From: a virus | Lineage: Duplodnaviria; Caudoviricetes | DNA length: 64,000 nt | Direction: 5' to 3' (one strand) | IMG/VR virus record: IMGVR_UViG_3300031994_000023 | Span: 77,780-141,779 of that record | Shown here: positions 28,519-36,384 of the stretch, piece by piece | Position numbering within the stretch: the stretch's first letter is position 1 | How the letters are laid out: every line of letters begins with the position of its first letter | Notes under the pieces: model-generated | The model's database searches: none | What the model was told of the DNA's origin: nothing | Seen by the model: only the letters and a program-made list of their open reading frames with translations | Program-made: the position numbers and the translations under genes

Positions 28519-29027
28519 TTTATTAAATTAGGGGAAGTTATTCTTGTTCTGCGTTCTGGTGCTTTAAGTTGTCTTCTTCCTCTTGCAGATTCTGTTGCCA
28601 TAACTCCTTGAACATATGATTCGTATTGAGGAGCATTTTCGTAACGGAATGTTTCATATTCATAGATTTTGTCTAATAACTCTTCTTCCATCTCTGCTAA
28701 TCTTCGATTATCCTCTACTCTTACTCTTTCACCATTTTCATATCTTCTGGTGAACCTATCATGGAGGATATTATCCCTTTCTATGAGTTGTTCATATATT
28801 TCTTTAGCCATATTTTGAAGAGTTTTTATCTCTTCTTTTTGTTTTACTCTGTCAAGGAAGTATGTTTCATTTAATGCATCTTTCCAGTCTCTTGTAACAA
28901 CACTCTCCCTTGCTCCAGTATCGTTATTATTTCTTGTTTCGGTGTTGAGGTAGGTTGGGTAGTCATCTATCCCTTCATCTATGAATGGTGCTCCACCACC
29001 TCCACCACCTCCTCCTTTACTTGCCAT
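28503..29027 (-). CDS. MASK-tag protein, long-leader subfamily
   Basis: Leader MASKGGGGGGGGAPFIDEGIDDYPTYLNTE. Confidence 0.75.
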   Translation of the reverse strand: MASKGGGGGGGGAPFIDEGIDDYPTYLNTETRNNNDTGARESVVTRDWKDALNETYFLDRVKQKEEIKTLQNMAKEIYEQLIERDNILHDRFTRRYENGERVRVEDNRRLAEMEEELLDKIYEYETFRYENAPQYESYVQGVMATESARGRRQLKAPERRTRITSPNLINHTLR

Positions 29028-29409
29028 TGTTTATAATTTTCTCCAGTGTTTGTCCTTTGTTTATGTCAGTTCGTTTAATTTTGAAGTTACCCTGTGGCGT
29101 TCTCTGAAGTAAATTTAGAGTTAATATTGTGTAGGGTTTGTAAGTGAATTTTACACAAATTAATGGTGTGGCTCCGAATTTGTAACTGAACCGTTTTAAC
29201 TCTTCAATTTGTTCTTTTCGAATATAGATATTATCCTTTTTACTGCTCTTCACTTCAAATGCATAACAGTGTTTGTGGTTTCCTGCGAGGACATCGGGTC
29301 GGTCACTTTTAGTGGCTCCACCACTTGCAGGTATTCGTGTGGCAGCATATCCGTGTTGTTCAAGGTATTTTACTAAATATCTTTCTTCTAGAGAACCTTT
29401 TTTACTCAT
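29017..29409 (-). CDS. hjc: Archaeal Holliday junction resolvase
   Basis: KG...ER.L...L...GY...R.PASG, PDVLAG, FEVKS, EQIEEL..F...FG: the Hjc signature. Confidence 0.9.
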   Translation of the reverse strand: MSKKGSLEERYLVKYLEQHGYAATRIPASGGATKSDRPDVLAGNHKHCYAFEVKSSKKDNIYIRKEQIEELKRFSYKFGATPLICVKFTYKPYTILTLNLLQRTPQGNFKIKRTDINKGQTLEKIINNGK

Positions 29410-29472
29410 GTTATCCCCACTTTTTTAGAGTATTACCCTTTTTTTTCTTTCAGGTCTTCTTCTTCCTTTTTT

Positions 29473-30399
29473 TTACATGAATGTTGCAGAGTCAATTATG
29501 TTCTCTTCCATAATATAAGATGGTTTTTTGAATGTGAGATTACAACAGTCTTGTGGATTAGGATTAAAATTGTTCTTAAAGTACATATAATGTTCATCCA
29601 CATCATCACATACTGATACCTGTGGTTTTTTTATTTGTTTTAATAATTCAAGTTTCTTGTTTAAAGGTAAATGTTTGTAGTTACTTTGTTTAACTGTGTA
29701 CTCGGATATATCTACAATGTCCTTTATTGCTTTTTCAATCCAACTATTAACTCTTAAAAATTCGACTAATACTTTGTCACATTGTATCCTGTTTATTTTA
29801 TGAATATCTGTGTGTTCAGGAAGAAATGGTGATAATCGTATGCATGTATCATATCCTTCAGAGTGTAATGTTTCCACTGTTTCTTTTCTTCTTTCGAATG
29901 GTGGTGCGTTGTCTAATTGTGATAGTATGTTGTTTTCTGTGGAGGGGATACTTATCTGCACATGTGCTAATTCTTTATCCAATATTTCCATGTACTCTTT
30001 GTTAAGTAGTAGGTCTGATTTTGTTACGATTAAGTAATGTATCTTTTTATGGTTTAAGGCTTTTATTGTGTTTAGTGTGTTTTTAACTTTTTTTTCTATG
30101 GGTTGGAAGCAGTCGGTCATGCCACCTAATCGTATTACTGTGCCTTCTTCTAGTTTATCTATTTTTTTTCTGATTTTTTGTATGTCGGCTTGTGCAACAT
30201 TTTCTGGGTGCCATAGTTTTCTGAAGTTTAGTAGAGACTTGGCATAACAATATTTGCAATTATAATAACATCCTTTTCCATAAGGGTCTAAACGAGTTGC
30301 ATAATTACATTTAGTCCCTTCATTACCATTAACTGTTTTATAAAATGATTTATATTCATTAATCATGACGAATAAAATAAGCACTCCATCATTTTCCAA
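29473..30399 (-). CDS. Radical SAM protein, spore-photoproduct-lyase-like (likely start 30366)
   Basis: DPYGKGCYYNCKYCYA (CxxxCxxC), GGMTDCFQPIE, IVTKS, IRLSP, C-terminal CC. Confidence 0.8.
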   Translation of the reverse strand: MENDGVLILFVMINEYKSFYKTVNGNEGTKCNYATRLDPYGKGCYYNCKYCYAKSLLNFRKLWHPENVAQADIQKIRKKIDKLEEGTVIRLGGMTDCFQPIEKKVKNTLNTIKALNHKKIHYLIVTKSDLLLNKEYMEILDKELAHVQISIPSTENNILSQLDNAPPFERRKETVETLHSEGYDTCIRLSPFLPEHTDIHKINRIQCDKVLVEFLRVNSWIEKAIKDIVDISEYTVKQSNYKHLPLNKKLELLKQIKKPQVSVCDDVDEHYMYFKNNFNPNPQDCCNLTFKKPSYIMEENIIDSATFM

Positions 30400-30443
30400 A
30401 AAAAAGAGAGAGAAAGAAAAAAAAAATTAAAAAACCACATGTA

Positions 30444-30797
30444 CTAAAGATGTATAAACAATGCAATAATCATAACAACAACACTCACAATAATTTCAAG
30501 GGTCACTTTCTTGTAAGTATTCCTTATATCGAGCAGTTCTGTCTTAATTTCCTGAATACTTTCACATTGATTTTTAACTCTTTCATCAAGAGTGTTGAAC
30601 TCCATTTCCACACCACTGCAATTATCATCGATGTGGGCTTCCATTCTTACTATTTTTTCTGTGAGGGAACGGAATTCTGCATCGGTACTACCTTTTAATT
30701 TACCACAGCATTCATCAACATCTTTCAGGTGGTTGGCTTGTACACTTTGCCTTTCTTTTAATACTTCTATCGCTACTTCTACATCCTGTTGATTCAT
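30444..30797 (-). CDS. Coiled-coil protein with C-terminal TM helix (XhlA/holin-like architecture)
   Basis: Heptad-rich body ending in hydrophobic IIVSVVVMIIALFIHL. Confidence 0.5.
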   Translation of the reverse strand: MNQQDVEVAIEVLKERQSVQANHLKDVDECCGKLKGSTDAEFRSLTEKIVRMEAHIDDNCSGVEMEFNTLDERVKNQCESIQEIKTELLDIRNTYKKVTLEIIVSVVVMIIALFIHL

Positions 30798-31063
30798 GCT
30801 CCTCCCTCGTTTTCAGTTACAAGTTCTTCATCTTGGGAGGATATTATTAGTTCTTTGAAGTCTTCTTCTTGTTTTTCTGTTAATGATTTCCCAGCTATGA
30901 ATCCACCGAGGATACTTACAGGAGTTGTGGTGACTGGTATCAGTGCGAGAATAAGATTGGTTTCATACTTTGTGAATCCGATTAATAGAAATAAGCAGAG
31001 AAGGCTTAGGAGAGCGTAACACCCTAAAATAGATATAATTTGAGATTGTGTTTTTGAATCCAT
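30794..31063 (-). CDS. Two-TM small membrane protein, putative holin
   Basis: Two hydrophobic segments, acidic tail; overlaps the downstream TM gene by 4 nt. Confidence 0.45.
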   Translation of the reverse strand: MDSKTQSQIISILGCYALLSLLCLFLLIGFTKYETNLILALIPVTTTPVSILGGFIAGKSLTEKQEEDFKELIISSQDEELVTENEGGA

Positions 31064-31306
31064 AATTGTTCACTCCTTTTTTTTTTACTTCTTCTTCTTT
31101 TTTCGTGAATTGTTTTGTTTACTCCTTTTTTTTTAAATTCTTGTTTTAATGCTAAAAAATAAAGTATTCTCTGATATTAATAAGGGCAATTTAAAAAAAG
31201 AAAATAACCTTTAGAAAAGAGTTTTTAAAAGTTACTGCTTGGAATGGGTGGGACTTTGTTGCACTGGAGGGTTGGATGGGTGGAAGAGGGTTTGTAACGC
31301 CGTCTC

Positions 31307-31627
31307 TTATGAGTATAAGACGGTTAATTCTTCCATGGATTTTTTTATGATTTCTTGGTTTATTATGTTTTTCAGGTAGTTTGGATTTTTGTCGTGGAAT
31401 TCTATTGTTTCTTCTTCGTTTAAGTATGGTTGTGGTTGTCCTCGTATGAATTCGTCCCATCCATTGTGGATTAGAATGTCTTTAGGAATGTTCCACAGTT
31501 CTTTTGTGTGTGCAAGTTCTAATGATTCGCCTCCTGTTAGTTCGGGAAATTCTCGTTGGATTATGTTGGATAATATTATTTCGGGGACATTTGTTTTTAT
31601 GTCCCCATATTTGATTAGTTTAGTCAT
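31307..31627 (-). CDS. Hypothetical protein
   Basis: 106 aa, GGAG RBS, coupled to 31620..32012. Confidence 0.6.
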   Translation of the reverse strand: MTKLIKYGDIKTNVPEIILSNIIQREFPELTGGESLELAHTKELWNIPKDILIHNGWDEFIRGQPQPYLNEEETIEFHDKNPNYLKNIINQEIIKKSMEELTVLYS

Positions 31628-32012
31628 AGTGGTGTATCTCCTTTATTTCATGGGAATATGTGTTTATTTCCATGATTTTTTGTGTTCTGTATTCTGAGGT
31701 GTAGAATTCGCCTATTACGAATACTACTTCTTTTTGTATTTGTATGTAGTAGTTTTGTGCGTTGTAATCTTCGGATACGAATATTTTGTATGTTCCTTGG
31801 TTTAGTCCGTATGGGTCTAGTTTTCCTTCTATTTCTTTGTTTTCGAGTTTTTGTTGAATTTTGGTGATGATTTTTTGTTTGTCGGCTCCGGTTTTGAGGA
31901 TTATGTTTTCTATTTCGTGTATGTCTATTTCATGTTTCAGAAATAGGTTTATTGGTGCCAGTTCGTCGTTTGAGACGCAATCTGGTTGTTTTATTTGGAT
32001 TTGTACTAACAT
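31620..32012 (-). CDS. Hypothetical protein
   Basis: 130 aa, AGGTGA RBS, directly behind a promoter cassette. Confidence 0.65.
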   Translation of the reverse strand: MLVQIQIKQPDCVSNDELAPINLFLKHEIDIHEIENIILKTGADKQKIITKIQQKLENKEIEGKLDPYGLNQGTYKIFVSEDYNAQNYYIQIQKEVVFVIGEFYTSEYRTQKIMEINTYSHEIKEIHHYD

Positions 32013-32029
32013 TTTGATTCACCTATACA

Positions 32030-32082
32030 ATATAATATTTTTGGTATATATTATAATATATACCAATTAGTATATAAAGGTT
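32030..32082 (-). promoter_or_regulatory. Repeated viral promoter cassette
   Basis: Minus strand CCTTTATATACTAATTGGTATATATTATAATATATACCAAAAATATTATA. Confidence 0.7.
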
Positions 32083-32292
32083 TGTAATCCACAACAAAAA
32101 AACCAAAAAACAACAAGTAATATAGGGCAAACACACAATTTATGATAAAAAAATAAACTAGTGTTACTTAAATAACAAAGAAGACAATAATACTACAACA
32201 CCACACCCCTAAGTATGAATTTAATTTAGTTATTTCATTATTTTTATGGAGGCATCATACGAAGGCAATTGTATTATATTTCATTCTGAATT

Positions 32293-32346
32293 AAAAACAT
32301 TTATATACCCAAAGATACATAATATAAATTATACCACAAATATTAT
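32293..32346 (+). promoter_or_regulatory. Repeated viral promoter cassette (divergent partner)
   Basis: CATTTATATACCCAAAGATACATAATATAAATTATACCACAAATATTATA followed by GGAG RBS. Confidence 0.7.
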
Positions 32347-32354
32347 AGGAGAAA

Positions 32355-32570
32355 TTGAAAATGAAAAAAGAAGAACTACTACAAATCATAAAAGACGAAG
32401 AAAAACCACTACAAAGTACCAAATGCAAAATAACACAAATAACACTAAACATAAACAACAAAAAACACACAATACACGGAAACCAAAAAATAAAACAACA
32501 AATAAAACAATACCCCGACAACACCGAATTCACAGAAATATGGTACATCTCACACCAAGTACCACTATAA
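32355..32570 (+). CDS. Hypothetical protein
   Basis: First ORF after the promoter cassette and RBS. Confidence 0.55.
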   Translation: MKMKKEELLQIIKDEEKPLQSTKCKITQITLNINNKKHTIHGNQKIKQQIKQYPDNTEFTEIWYISHQVPL

Positions 32571-32597
32571 CAAAAAAGCAAAGGAGACACAAAAAAA

Positions 32598-32927
32598 ATG
32601 AAATACATATCCAACGCATTCTCCCCCTCAATGATAAAAGGAGATGCAACAATAAAAATCACCACCATCACAAAAAACGAATTCATAAAAGCAGGAAAAA
32701 CCGCAACATCCACCATAGGACACCCCGAAATCGCAAAAACATTCAACCTCCCACTAAACAGAACATCAATAACACTCAAACCCAATGATGAATTATACAT
32801 AGTATTACCACAAAAAAGACCAAAAGCAAACGAACTAGTAGAAAATGGTGCAAAATACACATTCATACCAGAATCAGAAGGATACACATACAAAAAAATA
32901 ACCATAATGAAGGAGGATAAAAAATGA
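32598..32927 (+). CDS. DUF1874/AcrIII-1-like viral ring nuclease (anti-type III CRISPR)
   Basis: YISNAFSPSMI, STIGHPEIA (catalytic GH), NRTSITLKPND and QKRP motifs of the STIV B116/AcrIII-1 family. Confidence 0.8.
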   Translation: MKYISNAFSPSMIKGDATIKITTITKNEFIKAGKTATSTIGHPEIAKTFNLPLNRTSITLKPNDELYIVLPQKRPKANELVENGAKYTFIPESEGYTYKKITIMKEDKK

Positions 32928-33451
32928 TAATCAATATTGGCAAAAAATTAGAAGGATTTAACAGATATAATGGTGGGTGGATTAAAACCATCACCCGCCT
33001 CGACAAAGATTATAAAAACGGATATAGCTTAGTTGGAGAATTTTTACCAGTTTCCTCAGGCAATATCGATTTAGAGGAAGATGTTTTGTACCTCGACTGT
33101 TCCATAGGAGGTAGTAGAAAAAATCAAGAGAAAGATTACCACCTTTTCAAACTGATTGATGGTGAAATATTTACCATCCAAACGGTTGAAGATGGTGGTC
33201 CCGATTGGGCTATGACTCTATGGGAATCTGTTGAAAAAGAATTAGGCACTACTGAAGATAAAGTGCAAAAAGCAGTCAAAACGTTCAAAAACCTTTCAGA
33301 TGAGGAATTTTTCCACTGTTTTGAGGAATTGAGAAAAACGGATAGGAGGTACCAAACCTTTACTTATTTGTTATTGGAAGATTTCCTCAAAACATCACTT
33401 AGAGAGGGTACATTAAAACAAACAATCGATGAATTGGAGAAGGAGATATAA
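32924..33451 (+). CDS. Hypothetical early protein
   Basis: 175 aa, GGAGG RBS, ATGA overlap with the ring-nuclease gene. Confidence 0.7.
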   Translation: MIINIGKKLEGFNRYNGGWIKTITRLDKDYKNGYSLVGEFLPVSSGNIDLEEDVLYLDCSIGGSRKNQEKDYHLFKLIDGEIFTIQTVEDGGPDWAMTLWESVEKELGTTEDKVQKAVKTFKNLSDEEFFHCFEELRKTDRRYQTFTYLLLEDFLKTSLREGTLKQTIDELEKEI

Positions 33452-33604
33452 TCCTTCTTCAATGATGAACAAAATTAGAAGAGTACTCGATAGAGCACAA
33501 GTATAATAGGGTGTAAACACAAAGGATTTGAAAAAAATAATTATTAAGTGGTGAGAGTAAAAAAAAATAGGGAAATAAATTACTCCATCCTCCACGGTTG
33601 CTCC

Positions 33605-33859
33605 TTAATTTTCTGAAGAGGGTGTGAATAATTTTGCCTCGATTAAATCATCTATGATTGTGTCATAGTCTGGTTGTGCCGTGCTTTCATAATTTTTAAG
33701 GTCGTATCGGTTGTTTTGTGTGATGAATTCTATTACTTTCGCTTCGTCGAATTCTCCCTCTAAATATGATAATATTTTGTTTATGTTCTCTATTTCTGAT
33801 GGGTTTGATTTTTTAGAAAATATCAGTTTTAATATTGTGTCATAGGTTTGTTTATCCAT
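33605..33859 (-). CDS. Hypothetical protein
   Basis: 84 aa, AGGAG RBS. Confidence 0.6.
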   Translation of the reverse strand: MDKQTYDTILKLIFSKKSNPSEIENINKILSYLEGEFDEAKVIEFITQNNRYDLKNYESTAQPDYDTIIDDLIEAKLFTPSSEN

Positions 33860-33899
33860 TTTTTTTCATCTCCTTTAAAAAATTATATGGGGGGTGAAT

Positions 33900-34259
33900 T
33901 TAATAGTTCATTATTTTTGTTAACATCGGGTATTGTTGGACGGCTTCGTCTGTTGGTTGAGGTTTAAATCCTCTGTCTCGTTCTATACCTATAGGGAATT
34001 GTTTGTTAATTTCTTCGAATTCAGTTAGGGAAAAATATCCTAATTCGGCGAAGTCGATGTTGTTTAAGAATGCATATCCGAAGAATAATTGTGTTTCTTT
34101 GTCATATTCGTATACGAACCAATGGAAATTGCGTAATGGGTGGAAATAATGGGCATATATTTTTCTGTCTTTTAATGGTGTTGTGTCTGTGTTGTTGAAG
34201 TTTGGTATTTTTTTTTCTAATTCTTTTGTCATTAATTTAATTTTTGCCATTTTAGTCAC
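33900..34259 (-). CDS. DUF2958 family protein
   Basis: KLMTKEL...P, YFHP...HWFVYEYD....FFG, ELGYFSL.E, IERD..F.P. Confidence 0.8.
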   Translation of the reverse strand: MTKMAKIKLMTKELEKKIPNFNNTDTTPLKDRKIYAHYFHPLRNFHWFVYEYDKETQLFFGYAFLNNIDFAELGYFSLTEFEEINKQFPIGIERDRGFKPQPTDEAVQQYPMLTKIMNY

Positions 34260-34435
34260 CTTCTATTTGGAATTGTTTTTCTATTTGTGTTATTTCTTTT
34301 TCTAAGTTTTTAAAATCATATTCTGTTTGGAATGTTTCTTTTAGGTCATAAAAACTTGATATGAAGTTGTATAATGTGATGTCTTTTTTTATTGTCATTT
34401 TTTGTGTCTCCTTTGTTGTTTTTTACCCACAAAAA

Positions 34436-34488
34436 ATATAATACTCGTGGTATAATATATAATATATACCACATAGTATATAAAGGTA
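34436..34488 (-). promoter_or_regulatory. Repeated viral promoter cassette
   Basis: Minus strand CCTTTATATACTATGTGGTATATATTATATATTATACCACGAGTATTATA. Confidence 0.7.
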
Positions 34489-36055
34489 TCACAACACACA
34501 ACAACCAAAAACAACAAACCACAACAAAACTAAGAAAAAACAACAAGACATATAGGGCAAACAACAAAAAAACAACAAAAAACAAACCACCCACAAACAA
34601 ACCACAAAAAACAACAACCAAAACAAAGAAACCACAACAAAGTTTTCATTTAATCACACACAACTACAATTAAACAATAATAAAAAAAAAAGAATACACA
34701 AACCAAAAAAAAAAGAAACTTCAAAATAAAAACACCATCACAAACAATCCACACCACATTCCTTATAAAGTAACGTCAAATACTTAATATTCCAACGAGT
34801 GCTTTTATTCATAATATAAGGACACAACTTAAAAAGAGAATTATCCTCAGAATACATTGGAACGGTAATCTCGGAAATACTTTCCAAATAATTATCACTA
34901 ACATGTTGCTTGATTTTGTTTATTTTCACAGTGAAATATAATGTTCTGTCATCATCACAATAAAATTGTTCTGGGAACGCACCAAACACATCCAGCACAG
35001 TTTTTCCAATATTCATAACATAGGGATACATTAACTGATAAAATCCATCCTGTTGGTGTAAAATGTTTTTTCTAGAAGCATGAATCCAATAGTTATCATT
35101 TGTTGGTTGTTTCAGTATGTCCTTCCTGTTTTTATAAAATTGATATTTGTATTTCATTCTTTTGTCAACTCTTCATATTTTCTAAGGAATGCTTGATACT
35201 CTTCGTTTGTTTCTTCTTTGTTACTTTCTTTTGTTGAATTTTGTCCTATACCATACTTTGCTCTTCTTTTATTTTGATGAATTAACATCCTCTCATCATA
35301 ATTTCTTACCATAATATCATTTCCTCCAGTAATTTATATTTCAATTCTTTTCTTGCAACTGGTCAAGTTTTTTTCTAAGCATAACATTCTCCTGAACTAC
35401 AAAAGACAGTGATTCAAGAGTATCATCATACTCATTCAGAGTTTTAATACATTTTGTCAATGAAAGATACTTGTCTGCAATCTGGTCATATACTTTACCA
35501 CTCTTTAGTCTAAACCTTTCTCTCATTATAACATCATCCTCTAAATTCATATTTTCTTTATATTTGGTTTCCTTTTTCCAACCAGTATGCTTTATTAGTT
35601 CCTTTGAAATCATACTGTCGAATTATTCTCTGTTTATAGTCCACACAACACGTTCGATTTTCTACAAATTCATGTAACGAGACACAGAGTTTTTTCATAA
35701 CTTTACCATTATATACAGTTTTCCATCCATTATATATGCAAGAATCACATATCATATTAATCACCATTATATGACTCTTTGTTACATTATATGTACATTC
35801 CATTTAATCCCCTACTAACTTAACTAATCCATTTTCAATTATGATTTCGTGAATATCACAATATCCGTATCCGCCATCATACAAAATTCCGATTGGCAAC
35901 TCATCATCAAAGTATTCCAATGCTTTTTTTAAAGAGGCAACAGTGGCTCTGTAATCAGTCCTAAATCCAAATTGGGTTTTAAAATCTTTTTGTTCGACTT
36001 TAACTCTTTTTTCTTCCATCATCTTTTTCACCGTCTTATTTGTTCATTGAAAAAT

Positions 36056-36384
36056 TGGGTGGGGGAGGATTTGCACCTCCTACAAAACAAGCCTCCTTTA
36101 GGTGTTCTATGTTCATATTGTTCTTGTTCATATCCTTTTTTTTAGGGGTAAAAATCAAGGTATTACTGGTGATGTCTTCTCCTGAGAGAGTTAATCTTTG
36201 GAACTCGCACTACTCATCACACATTTAGTTATAGTCCTCATCCATAACATGTAATGTAATTAATGAAATGGAAATTATAATTGTGGGGTAGACGTAGACA
36301 TGGAGAGGTTTTACATCACCATTTTATTTTTATGTAATTAAAAAAGAATACCGAGAAACATATACATATTCTCATTACCCACCC
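36056..36384 (-). ncRNA. ~330-nt structured RNA candidate with tRNA-like termini
   Basis: 5' GGGTGGG-TA pairs with 3' CCCACCC-A; T-arm GGAGG-TGCAAAT-CCTCC; internal helix TGGTGATGT/ACATCACCA; fills a ~400-bp intergenic gap. Confidence 0.65.

Noticed and set aside
2299-29027. Diversity-generating retroelement or integron explanation for the repeated MASK leaders
   Set aside because: No reverse transcriptase or integrase in the window, differences are synonymous rather than adenine-specific, and no attC-like palindromes were seen.
14751-29409. Counting MSKK starts (small terminase, Hjc) as MASK-tag members
   Set aside because: Different register (Ser at position 2, not 3), and the KG of Hjc is part of its own family motif.
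32246-32905. Long K/T/N/Q-rich or V/F/C-rich ORFs (e.g. 32246..32788, 32291..32905, 17221..17769, 34346..34673, 52201..52771)
   Set aside because: Shadow frames produced by the extreme AC/GT strand skew; they overlap better-supported genes or promoter regions.
36056-36384. Calling this element tmRNA (ssrA)
   Set aside because: No G3-U70 alanine determinant, no recognisable tag reading frame or pseudoknots, no smpB, and the host appears archaeal; kept only as a tRNA-like ncRNA candidate.
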